A model generated the notes under the pieces. The model made no database searches and was not told where the DNA came from. It saw only the letters and a list, made by a program, of their open reading frames with translations. DNA of 21,374 bases, from NCBI GenBank assembly GCA_038217285.1, contig JBBQPO010000078.1:1-21374 (forward strand), in the 5' to 3' direction. The DNA comes from Chthonomonadales bacterium (lineage in GTDB: Bacteria > Armatimonadota > Chthonomonadetes > Chthonomonadales > Chthonomonadaceae). A program made the translations under genes and the position numbers. Shown piece by piece: positions 1 through 8,110 of the stretch (positions are counted from its first letter, which is position 1; every line of letters begins with the position of its first letter).

Positions 1-136
1 GAGCCAGTTCCAGCGCGAAAAGTGGAAACAGCCGCAGGCCGGTGCTGAGAACAAGGAACCAGGCGGTCAGAATTTGCCAGTGGGAACGAAAGGCGAAATT
101 CGGAGGTTGCGCGAGAGACTCATCGGGAACGCTCAC
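1..136 (-). CDS. 5' part of a probable membrane protein, running off the window
   Basis: Manual translation from GTG at 136 gives VSVPDESLAQPPNFAFRSHWQILTAWFLVLSTGLRLFPLFALELA, open to the window edge, with a hydrophobic segment. A G-rich SD-like stretch (GAGGGGG) lies upstream, and the strand matches the upstream LolA-like gene. Confidence 0.5.
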   Translation of the reverse strand, partial: MSVPDESLAQPPNFAFRSHWQILTAWFLVLSTGLRLFPLFALELA

Positions 137-197
137 GGCCGGCCCCCCTCGACTGGCCGCTCCTTACATGACGGCGATGAAAACACGGATCCCTCTT

Positions 198-1001
198 CTA
201 CTGGTTGACATCGAACAGACTGTCGGCAAGTTTCTGATTGGCTTTTGCCTCGCTAAAGGTGACTTCCGCAGCCACGGTCCCCTCCGCGTTTTTGACCTGT
301 AGACGACCAGGCAGCCAGAGGCCAGGGGTCACTTCGCGTGGATCGAGGTAGGCGAAGGTCGCCCGCAGTTTGTTGGCGCTGTCGTACCATTCGCGCTTCG
401 TCGTGATCCGGGTTCGGGTGTCGATCCAGACGCGATAGTGCGCACCGGCGCCGGCATTCTGGTAGGTCAGATCGAAGACCGCCTTGTTCTCGCCCTGCAG
501 CGCTTCCATCTTGACGAACTGCGCCTGCATGAAGTGGAGCGTCTCCGGTACGATCAGGCCGCTGTACTCCAGCAGAGACTGGCGCTTGCCAGGCGCATTC
601 ACGAGATCCTCCGACTTTTTGAGATGGAATTTCGGCACTGAATAGAACCGCACCGTCCCATTGAGAATCATCAGGGCGCTGCCGCGCGTAGCGGAGTGGC
701 CCTCCAACCGAAGCTTGTCCGGCTGCTTGAACTGAAGGTTCAGGTTCCGAACGGAGTAGGTGGTCTTGAAGTCCGGACCGATCTTCTCCAGTTCCTGCGG
801 CTCGTATTTCGTCACTTTGAGCGCGGTTTCCAGATCGTCCAGTTTCGAAACGAGCGTCTGGATATCGGTGACTTCCCCACCGCGGCCCGGTTTCGGGTCT
901 TCGGCGGCGCTGCGGACGGCCAGTAGAGGCGTTAGCGCCATCGTCAGGGCGGTCAGGCTGAGGTAACGACGAACACGGGCGTCGCGGCTCTTCCGCGGCA
1001 T
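198..1001 (-). CDS. LolA-like / outer-membrane lipoprotein-sorting family exported protein
   Basis: Signal peptide (RRYLSLTALTMALTPLLAVRSAAE). LolA-type pattern FKQPDKLRLEG ... YRVWIDTRTRITTKREWYD ... NQKLADSLF. Start at ATG 1001 chosen from the SD and promoter position; 1016 is an alternative. Confidence 0.7.
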   Translation of the reverse strand: MPRKSRDARVRRYLSLTALTMALTPLLAVRSAAEDPKPGRGGEVTDIQTLVSKLDDLETALKVTKYEPQELEKIGPDFKTTYSVRNLNLQFKQPDKLRLEGHSATRGSALMILNGTVRFYSVPKFHLKKSEDLVNAPGKRQSLLEYSGLIVPETLHFMQAQFVKMEALQGENKAVFDLTYQNAGAGAHYRVWIDTRTRITTKREWYDSANKLRATFAYLDPREVTPGLWLPGRLQVKNAEGTVAAEVTFSEAKANQKLADSLFDVNQ

Positions 1002-1027
1002 GTACCGTCCTTGCATCCTGTCTATCC

Positions 1028-1054
1028 TTCCTCGCAACTCTTGCGTGAACCTGT
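1028..1054 (-). promoter_or_regulatory. sigma-H-like promoter (ACAGG-N19-GAA)
   Basis: Same motif and spacing as at 5805, 7513 and 16045, each just upstream of a gene on the matching strand. Confidence 0.4.
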
Positions 1055-1247
1055 CAGGGTGTGGAAAGAGGCTGCCCCTGACTCGGATGAGAAATCTGTC
1101 CCTTAGAATTTACGTAATGGAAAAGCGAGATGTTTGCGGATTTGTATGCGGCACCGACCGAGCCAGCGAAATGGGTGCGCGCCATGCTGTATAATAGAGT
1201 GTTGCGCAGAGTGTGCGGATGCAAGAGTATAGCCCAAGCAGCGGGAA

Positions 1248-2108
1248 ATGTCAAAACGGCGGAGCGGGAGTAAGAGTGTGAAGAGCAGGACGATGGGGCG
1301 CAGGGGACGGTTCACGTTGGCGAGTCTGGCTGCTGCCGGTCTGGCGGTTGTGCTTGCGGTGACGCGCGCGGCCTCGAAAACGCCTCAGTCGGGTTCTATC
1401 GCCCCTAAATCCGGTAAAGCGCCCCTCCTGTGGGTGTTGCCGGGCGAGGCGGTCAACCGCTGGCAGGGCGAGCGCCTTGTCAGCCTCTGGCGAGGCGAGA
1501 AGTCCCGCCGCGAGGTCGCCCTCACTTTCGACGATGGCCCTCATCCCAAGTTCACGGGCCGGCTGCTCACGCTGCTGAAACGTGAACATGTGAAAGCTAC
1601 TTTTTTTGTTGTCGGCAAGAAGGTGGACGAAGCTCCCTCTCTCGTGATGGCTATCGCCCGCGACGGTCACGAGATCGGCAATCACACGTATAATCATATT
1701 AACCTGGACAAACTGACCACGGAACAAGCCGGAGCGGAGATACGTCAGGCTAATGACGCGATCCGCCGCGCCTGCGGGGTCAGCCCACTCAGCTTTCGCC
1801 CTCCGGGCGGCCACCATAGTGAGGTCGTCTACCAGGCTGCTGCCAAACAGAAGATGCGCACCGTCTTCTGGACAGACGACCCGGGCGATTTCGCCAAACC
1901 GTCTCCAGAGGTTATCGAAGCGCGCACGCTCAAAGACCTTGCCAACGGTTCCGACATTCTGCTGCACGACGGCATCGAGCCGACCCTGCAGATGTTGCCC
2001 GACCTGATCGCCCGGCTGCGCCGCGACGGGTATCGTTTCGTCACCATTTCGGAAATGGCGCAGCATCTGGAGACCGTGCATCGTGGACAACGAAGCCTCA
2101 CACAGTGA
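1248..2108 (+). CDS. polysaccharide deacetylase (CE4/NodB family), N-terminal signal or anchor
   Basis: CE4 motifs LTFDDGP, HEIGNHTYNH, FRPPGG and ILLHDG; basic then hydrophobic N-terminus. TATAAT at 1190-1195 upstream. Confidence 0.93.
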   Translation: MSKRRSGSKSVKSRTMGRRGRFTLASLAAAGLAVVLAVTRAASKTPQSGSIAPKSGKAPLLWVLPGEAVNRWQGERLVSLWRGEKSRREVALTFDDGPHPKFTGRLLTLLKREHVKATFFVVGKKVDEAPSLVMAIARDGHEIGNHTYNHINLDKLTTEQAGAEIRQANDAIRRACGVSPLSFRPPGGHHSEVVYQAAAKQKMRTVFWTDDPGDFAKPSPEVIEARTLKDLANGSDILLHDGIEPTLQMLPDLIARLRRDGYRFVTISEMAQHLETVHRGQRSLTQ

Positions 2109-5100
2109 CATAAACTCGCCGTCGGACAGCAGCATCACGCCTGACGAACCGCCCTCGCCCGCTGCGTCGGCCCCAATGGGGGAGGATGCCCCTCGGGACA
2201 CTCCGCCCATCCCCTCGTTTCCCGTTTTCTATGACTCGGATCGGCGGCGCTGGCCCTGGGTACGACGTGGGCTTATCACCGGCCTATTTCTGATCGGAGC
2301 GGGCGCGATCCTGCTGATTGTCAGCCTGATCGCGCTGCCGCTCATGCCACGCAACGCGCTGCCGAAAATGGTGGCGCTTCGCGACTTCGGGCATCTAGAC
2401 CCGGCTGTGGACGATCATATCCGCGGGCAGATGGCCTACAAGCAGGCCCAGGAAGAGACCAAACGGCAGGAGTTGGAAGCGAAGTATCGGCACGACCGGG
2501 CGGCTCGCCGCCGCACAGACGCGGACCGCCGCGCCATCCGTCCCCTGGGGCCGCAAACTCCCGTCGTCGCGGGGTTCTATGTCAACTGGGAACAGACATC
2601 CAAAGCCTCGCTGCAGCGCAATATCAGCGCTATCACGCACCTGATACCCGAGTGGCTGCACCTTAAGGCCGCCGGAACCGACTACACCGATCCTAAATCG
2701 ACGCCGTTCCTGGACGCCCGTCAGAAGTCGGACCGTGACGAAATCACGCCGCTGGCACACGACCATAAGATTCCGGTGCTGCCGTTGTTCAACAATTTTA
2801 CCCGTAAGGGAACCGAAGAAGAGGGACGGGGCGACTTTGATCCCATTGCGTTGCATCAGATGCTGAGCAACCCGAAGGCCCGCGCCAATGTCATCCTCCA
2901 CCTGCGGGACTGGCTGCTGCACGAGAGCTATCAGGGCATCAATATCGACTTCGAAGAGGTCGTGGACATCGACCGCGGCAATCTCGTTCAGTTCATGAAG
3001 GAGCTGTATGCCGCGCTCCATCCGCATGGCCTGCTTGTCACCCAGGACGTTCAGCTCGAAAACGACACGTTCGATATGGTGGGTCTGGCGCAGTTCAATG
3101 ACTGGATCGTCCCCATGTTCTACGACCAGCATGCAGGCGGCACCGCGCCCGGCCCCGTCGCAGGCATCGCCTGGACGGAGAAGAATCTACGCACCCTGCT
3201 CCTCGACGTGCCGCGTGAAAAGATCGTGATGGGCGTCGGCAATCAGGCCTACGACTGGCGAATCGGGGATCCCAAGAATGGAGCCGACTCCCTGACCTAC
3301 CAGAGCGCGGTCATCATCGCCAAAGAGAGTCAGCCGGACGCCGTGATTCGGCTCGACAGATCCAGTTTGAACCCTACCTTTCACTATTCCGATACGACGA
3401 TAGACAGCGCTGGCCATTCTCAGGAAGAGCAGCATGTCGTCTGGATGCAGGACGCGGTGAGCGTCTTCAACCAACTGCAGATTGGGAAAGCACGCGGCGT
3501 TCGCGGCGGCGCTCTCTGGTTCCTGGGAGCCGAGGATCCCAGCCTGTGGACGTTCTTCCAGGTCGATGCCTGGAATACCGACTGGGGCAAAAAGGTCGAC
3601 AGCGGTGGGCTTGATACGATCCAGTACAAGGGACAGGGACAGATCGATTTCGAGGGGGACGGCGAACTGCTGCAGCCCCAGGCCGGTCCGACGGACGGCG
3701 CGCGAGAAGTCATCCGCAGTCCGAAAACCGGTATGCTCATCTCCGAGACCTACCGCAAAAACGCGGATGGAACTCCCATGCTGCCCTCTGGCTGGGTGGT
3801 GCGCCGCTACAGCGGCGGCAAGGACGGCAACCCCGATAAGAAGATCGTCCTGACCTTCGACGACGGCCCTGACCCGACCTGGACACCGCAGGTGCTGGAT
3901 CTGTTGAAAAAGTATCAGGTTCCGGCGACATTCTTTGTGGTGGGCAAGCAGGCGGAGGAGAACCCGGAGCTGATCCGGCGCATGTGGGACGAAGGCCACG
4001 AGATCGGCAACCACTCGTGGGATCATCCGGATATGTTCCGGCTCAGTATCGAACATCAGCATCTGGAACTGACACTGACTCAGCGCGTGATTCAGTCGAT
4101 CACCGGGCACTCCACCACGCTGTTCCGCCCTCCCTATGGGGGAGATGTCGAGCCGACCACCGGCAAAGAGGTCTCGCCGATGCTGGTCGCCGCCGACCTG
4201 AACTATCTGACGGTCGGCGAAAAGAACGATCCCCAGGACTGGCGGCTTTTCAATCTCAAGCCGGGCACCGGGGCGCAGGATCACAACAGCCCACGGGACT
4301 ACCGCGACATCGTCAACAGTGTCGTCAACAACCGCGATGTGGGCAGCGTCGTTCTGTTGCACGACGCGGGCGGCAATCCGCCGGACCGCAGCCGAACGCT
4401 CCAGGCTCTGCCGGAGATCATCACCAAACTACGGGCGATGGGTTACACCTTTACGTCGGTCGCCGACATCAGCCGGATACCGAAGTCGAAGCTGATGCCC
4501 TCCGTCGGCGGCAGCGACGTCTACCTCGTCGGCGCCGACCGGTATGTGTTCGAGGTGAGCTATCTCTTCCAGCGTACCCTGACGACGCTGTTCACGCTTT
4601 CGATCATACTGGGCGTGTCGCGCGTGGTGATCTTCGTCGTTCTGGCGCTCTTCCAGCGGGCGCGTGAGCAGCGGCGCGTCTTCCCAACCGATTTCACGCC
4701 CTCCGTCTCGGTAGTCATCGCCGCCTACAATGAGGAGAAGGTCATTGCACGCACCGTGCATTCGCTGCTGGAGTGCGGCTATCCTCACCTTCAGGTCATC
4801 GTCGTGGACGACGGGAGCAAGGACGCGACGTTTGCCATTGCCTCCAGCGCCTTTGTGGACGATCCGCGTGTGCTGGTCATTCACAAGGAGAACGGCGGCA
4901 AGGCGACCGCCCTGAATCGCGGCCTCGAAGTGGCGACAGGCGACATTCTGATCTCCCTTGATGCCGACACGCTGTTCGCGCCGGACACGGTGGCCAAACT
5001 CGTCCGTCACTTCGCCGACCCGAAAGTGGGCGCTGTCTCCGGCAATGTACGCGTCGGAAACACGCACAACATCTGGACCCGCTGGCAGGCGCTGGAGTAT

Positions 5101-5772
5101 ATCACCAGCCAGAACTTCGACCGGCGCGGCTACGATCTGCTGAACTGTATCACGGTGGTTCCGGGAGCTGTCGGCGCTCTGCGTCGTGAGGCGGTCCGGC
5201 AGGTCGGCGGCTACACGCACGACACGCTGGCCGAGGACACGGATCTGACCTGGAAGCTGCGGCGCGCGGGCTGGCGCATCGAGAACGAGAGCAGCGCAAT
5301 GGCCTATACCGAAGCGCCGGAGACGATGAAGAACCTGGCGAAGCAGCGGTTCCGCTGGGCTTTCGGCACACTGCAGTGCCTGTGGAAACATCAGGATGCG
5401 CTGGGTCAGCACGGCGCGTTCGGCTGGATCGCACTGCCGAGCCTGTGGATGTTCCAGATCCTGTTTCCCGCCATCTCGCCCTTTATGGATGTGGCGATGG
5501 TCTACTCGCTCTTTGAAGGCAACTTCCTGAAGTTCGGCTTCTACTTCCTGGCGATGTTCCTGCTGGAGTTTGTCGGCGCGGTGATCGCGATACGCATGGA
5601 CCGCGCGAACTGGCGTCTCCTGCCCTGGCTCTTCTTCCAGCGCTTCGTCTACCGACAGTTGATGTACTACGTCATCCTGAAATCGATCGTGGCGGCGGTA
5701 CGCGGCGGAGCGGTCGGCTGGAACAAGTTCGAACGCACCGGCACGGCCCGCATCGAAAACAAATCCGCCTGA
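2083..5772 (+). CDS. multidomain GH18-like hydrolase + CE4 deacetylase + GT2 processive glycosyltransferase (PNAG/chitin-synthase-like)
   Basis: N-terminal TM helix; GH18 motif GINIDFE and GGALWFLGAEDP; CE4 motifs LTFDDGP, HEIGNHSWDH, FRPPYG, LLHDAGG; GT2 motifs VDDGS, DAD, LAEDTD, QRFRW; C-terminal TM helices. Start uncertain (GTG 2083 or ATG 2176). Confidence 0.93.
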   Translation: MDNEASHSDINSPSDSSITPDEPPSPAASAPMGEDAPRDTPPIPSFPVFYDSDRRRWPWVRRGLITGLFLIGAGAILLIVSLIALPLMPRNALPKMVALRDFGHLDPAVDDHIRGQMAYKQAQEETKRQELEAKYRHDRAARRRTDADRRAIRPLGPQTPVVAGFYVNWEQTSKASLQRNISAITHLIPEWLHLKAAGTDYTDPKSTPFLDARQKSDRDEITPLAHDHKIPVLPLFNNFTRKGTEEEGRGDFDPIALHQMLSNPKARANVILHLRDWLLHESYQGINIDFEEVVDIDRGNLVQFMKELYAALHPHGLLVTQDVQLENDTFDMVGLAQFNDWIVPMFYDQHAGGTAPGPVAGIAWTEKNLRTLLLDVPREKIVMGVGNQAYDWRIGDPKNGADSLTYQSAVIIAKESQPDAVIRLDRSSLNPTFHYSDTTIDSAGHSQEEQHVVWMQDAVSVFNQLQIGKARGVRGGALWFLGAEDPSLWTFFQVDAWNTDWGKKVDSGGLDTIQYKGQGQIDFEGDGELLQPQAGPTDGAREVIRSPKTGMLISETYRKNADGTPMLPSGWVVRRYSGGKDGNPDKKIVLTFDDGPDPTWTPQVLDLLKKYQVPATFFVVGKQAEENPELIRRMWDEGHEIGNHSWDHPDMFRLSIEHQHLELTLTQRVIQSITGHSTTLFRPPYGGDVEPTTGKEVSPMLVAADLNYLTVGEKNDPQDWRLFNLKPGTGAQDHNSPRDYRDIVNSVVNNRDVGSVVLLHDAGGNPPDRSRTLQALPEIITKLRAMGYTFTSVADISRIPKSKLMPSVGGSDVYLVGADRYVFEVSYLFQRTLTTLFTLSIILGVSRVVIFVVLALFQRAREQRRVFPTDFTPSVSVVIAAYNEEKVIARTVHSLLECGYPHLQVIVVDDGSKDATFAIASSAFVDDPRVLVIHKENGGKATALNRGLEVATGDILISLDADTLFAPDTVAKLVRHFADPKVGAVSGNVRVGNTHNIWTRWQALEYITSQNFDRRGYDLLNCITVVPGAVGALRREAVRQVGGYTHDTLAEDTDLTWKLRRAGWRIENESSAMAYTEAPETMKNLAKQRFRWAFGTLQCLWKHQDALGQHGAFGWIALPSLWMFQILFPAISPFMDVAMVYSLFEGNFLKFGFYFLAMFLLEFVGAVIAIRMDRANWRLLPWLFFQRFVYRQLMYYVILKSIVAAVRGGAVGWNKFERTGTARIENKSA

Positions 5773-5804
5773 TCGGATGTCAGCGCGAGGTGCAGAGACA
5801 GAGC

Positions 5805-5831
5805 GGAGGATTACGCGGCGAGGATAGAGAA
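5805..5831 (+). promoter_or_regulatory. sigma-H-like promoter (GGAGG-N19-GAA)
   Basis: GGAGGATTACGCGGCGAGGATAGAGAA, 40 nt upstream of ATG 5871. Confidence 0.35.
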
Positions 5832-5870
5832 GCTAAGACCGAATTCTATAGGGCGGACAGAGAGGCAAAT

Positions 5871-6497
5871 ATGGCAGACGACATTTTTCTTATCCTGCAC
5901 GGCTGGGGCGGCAACAAGCCCGCGCACTGGCAGGAACATCTGGTTCAAAAACTGACGGCCGCGGGCAAAAAGGTTTTCTATCCGAAGATGCCCGATCCGG
6001 GCGCACCGGTGCTGGCAGCGTGGCAGCAGGGCCTGACAGCGGCGATGGCGGAGATCGCCGCGCAGTCGCCGGACGCGCCGTTGACCATCCTGGCGCACAG
6101 TCTGGGCAGTATCAACTGGATTCACTACACGGCCACCCGTACCCCGACAGGCGGCCCGGTCGCCGACCGTGTGCTGCTGGTCGCGCCGCCTTACATCGTG
6201 CCGCAAATTCCGCCTATCGATGTGCCGGAGACGGTGACGCAGTTCTTTCCGCCGCCCGTGAATCCCGCCGCGCTGAAAAGCGCCGCCCACCAGACCGTGC
6301 TGATCGCCTCCGATACCGACGACTACGCGACGTTCGACCAGTCGAGCGGGTACGCGCAGAAGCTAGAGATCCCAATCCACAAACTGCCGGGAGCCGGACA
6401 CATCAGCCCCTACTACGGTTACGGGGAGTGGCCCTGGGTGCTGGAATGGTGCCTGCGCCGCGCCGACCTTCCGCCCCTCCCGCGCCCCTCGGAGTAG
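5871..6497 (+). CDS. RBBP9/YdeN-family alpha/beta serine hydrolase
   Basis: ILHGWGG..HWQ, nucleophile AHSLG, LLVAPP, SDTDDY, GAGHI. ATG 5871 is preceded by GAGAGG. Confidence 0.88.
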   Translation: MADDIFLILHGWGGNKPAHWQEHLVQKLTAAGKKVFYPKMPDPGAPVLAAWQQGLTAAMAEIAAQSPDAPLTILAHSLGSINWIHYTATRTPTGGPVADRVLLVAPPYIVPQIPPIDVPETVTQFFPPPVNPAALKSAAHQTVLIASDTDDYATFDQSSGYAQKLEIPIHKLPGAGHISPYYGYGEWPWVLEWCLRRADLPPLPRPSE

Positions 6498-6500
6498 GCG

Positions 6501-7472
6501 CTATTCCGGGTCGGTCAACCAGAGAGCGATGGCGGCGAGATCCTGCGCGCGGTCTCCAAGGGCAGCGGGGACGATGCGGCAGGCATCCCGGATACGTTTC
6601 CATGCGAACTCTTCGACTGCCGCCTCGATGGGGTGCATGATCAGGTCGCCTGCATGGACGGCGATGGTGCCCAGAGCGATGCACTCCGGGTTGAGCATCT
6701 GCATCACGTTGGCGATCCCGACCCCCATATAGGTTCCGGCCTCTTCGAGAATCTGTATGGCGAACGGATCGCCCTCTTTCGCCGCTTCGATGATATGATA
6801 GGCGGTGATGTCGGCGGGCTTACCGCCTGCCAGCATCAACACCCGTCTGTGCCGGCCGTAGCGGGCGCTTTCGCGGGCGAGGCGGGCGATCGCGGGGCCG
6901 GAGGCGAGGGCTTCGAGGCAGCCGCGCTTGCCGCAGCCGCACAGCGGACCGTTCATCAGAATGGTCTGGTGTCCGATCTCGCCGGCCAGATCGTTCGCGC
7001 CGTGCGCCAGCCTTCCATCCAGGATGATGCCGCCGCCGATACCGGTGCCCATCGTGAGGAAGACGAAGTTGCGTGTTCCCTGCCCGGCTCCGAACCGCCA
7101 TTCGGCAAGCGCGGTGGCGTTGGCGTCGTTTTCCACCCGAACCGGCAGCGCCAGCGCCTTCTCGAAGAACTGTCGTACCGGAACGCCTTCCCAGCCGGGG
7201 AGGTTCGGCGGGGCATAGACGATACCCGTTTTGGTATCGAGCGGTCCCCCACAGGAGACACCGACCCCGCGCACGGAGCCCGGCTTCACGTCCTCCGCCG
7301 TCAGCAGCTCACGCGCCATAGCCGCCAGCCGCTCCAGCACTTCGAGCGGGCCGCGCAGGTCCGGGCGCGTCGGCTCGCTGCGGCGCTGCCGTATCTCACC
7401 ATCGGTAGTCGCCAGAACGACTGCCGACTTGGTTCCCCCAATGTCCACACCCAGAATCAACTTCCCGTCCAT
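6501..7472 (-). CDS. ROK-family sugar kinase (glucokinase)
   Basis: GVDIGGTK, ENDANATALAE, GTGIGGG, GEIGH and the Zn motif CGCGKRGCLEA; no N-terminal HTH. Confidence 0.92.
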   Translation of the reverse strand: MDGKLILGVDIGGTKSAVVLATTDGEIRQRRSEPTRPDLRGPLEVLERLAAMARELLTAEDVKPGSVRGVGVSCGGPLDTKTGIVYAPPNLPGWEGVPVRQFFEKALALPVRVENDANATALAEWRFGAGQGTRNFVFLTMGTGIGGGIILDGRLAHGANDLAGEIGHQTILMNGPLCGCGKRGCLEALASGPAIARLARESARYGRHRRVLMLAGGKPADITAYHIIEAAKEGDPFAIQILEEAGTYMGVGIANVMQMLNPECIALGTIAVHAGDLIMHPIEAAVEEFAWKRIRDACRIVPAALGDRAQDLAAIALWLTDPE

Positions 7473-7512
7473 GCGCCTCGCCTTCCTCGTAAATCGGAAT
7501 AGTGTCTGCGAT

Positions 7513-7539
7513 TTCGGCGCGAACGGGACGGATTCCTGC
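7513..7539 (-). promoter_or_regulatory. sigma-H-like promoter (GCAGG-N19-GAA)
   Basis: Minus strand GCAGGAATCCGTCCCGTTCGCGCCGAAAT upstream of the ROK kinase; resembles the B. subtilis sigma-H AGGA...GAAT consensus. Confidence 0.5.
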
Positions 7540-7644
7540 CTCGATGCGCATCACATGTATAGTTTACTTGCGAGGTCAACTCTTGTTAACTACCTGTACA
7601 TAGGTTCGACAGAAGGCCAGTTCATTGCAGTGATCTCCATATAC

Positions 7645-7683
7645 AAAAAGAGACACCCAGATAGTACAGCAGATCTATCTGGG
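7645..7683 (-). terminator. intrinsic terminator after the HTH gene
   Basis: 9-bp stem CCCAGATAG (7656-7664) / CTATCTGGG (7675-7683), followed on the minus strand by TGTCTCTTTTT. Confidence 0.65.
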
Positions 7684-7701
7684 CCGAATCATGCAGAGTG
7701 G

Positions 7702-7935
7702 TTACTGCGGATCGAGTCTCGCCGCGTAGTAGGCATCGAGCGCGGCCATGAACTCAGGCTTGACGTCTTTGAGGCCAATTTCAGCCTCGCTGACTCGTCC
7801 CTGGTTGACTCGCAGATCGTTGGCTACATCATGGACACGAAGCCCAAGGTGTAAGCGAGTGTCGGTGAGCCACTGTCCCTTGACAGTACACCGATGTTTG
7901 ATCGGCGGGCGTGGCCCGTTGTTTCCAAGGTGCAT
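7702..7935 (-). CDS. small XRE/Cro-like helix-turn-helix protein (77 aa)
   Basis: GQWLTDTRLHLGLRVHDVANDLRVNQGRVSEAEIG fits the XRE pattern (L..R..LGL...VA..L.V....VS..E.G). GAGGAG SD upstream of ATG 7935 and a terminator downstream. Confidence 0.7.
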   Translation of the reverse strand: MHLGNNGPRPPIKHRCTVKGQWLTDTRLHLGLRVHDVANDLRVNQGRVSEAEIGLKDVKPEFMAALDAYYAARLDPQ

Positions 7936-7970
7936 TTTGCACTCCTCTAGTAAGAGTGGCAAAACGAAGC

Positions 7971-8000
7971 TTGCTCTCACTCGGAAAAGTGAGGTATAAT
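7971..8000 (+). promoter_or_regulatory. sigma70-type promoter with a palindromic operator in the spacer
   Basis: TTGCTC (7971-7976), 18 nt, TATAAT (7995-8000). Inverted repeat CTCACT-N6-AGTGAG at 7976-7993. Confidence 0.6.
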
Positions 8001-8006
8001 CTTAAT

Positions 8007-8110
8007 TCAACATAAAGACTAGCAAGCTCCGGTTTGCCAGTTTACTGCTACGGTCTTTGCGAGAGACTTAGCAGCCTTGCCCCTAGTCTTCGACTAGGGG
8101 CAAACCTTTT
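8007..8110 (+). ncRNA. candidate ~100-nt structured small RNA, antisense to the intergenic part of the orf177-HTH transcript
   Basis: Lies between a TATAAT promoter and a plus-strand terminator and contains no ATG. Internal hairpin CTGCTA(8045-8050)/TAGCAG(8069-8074) encloses GTCTTT-GCGA-GAGAC. 5' AAGACTAGCAAG can pair with CTTGC-CCC-TAGTCTT. Confidence 0.5.
8077..8110 (+). terminator. intrinsic terminator, plus-strand polarity
   Basis: Perfect 12-bp stem TTGCCCCTAGTC-TTC-GACTAGGGGCAA followed by ACCTTTTAAT on +. No U-tract follows it on the minus strand. Confidence 0.7.

Noticed and set aside
7591-7626. Tiny minus-strand ORF MNWPSVEPMYR after a GGAG
   Set aside because: It lies just past the terminator, is only 11 codons and has no other support.
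7231-7854. 207-aa plus-strand ORF crossing the island boundary
   Set aside because: It is antisense to both the ROK kinase and the HTH gene and spans their promoter and terminator; no coherent protein features.
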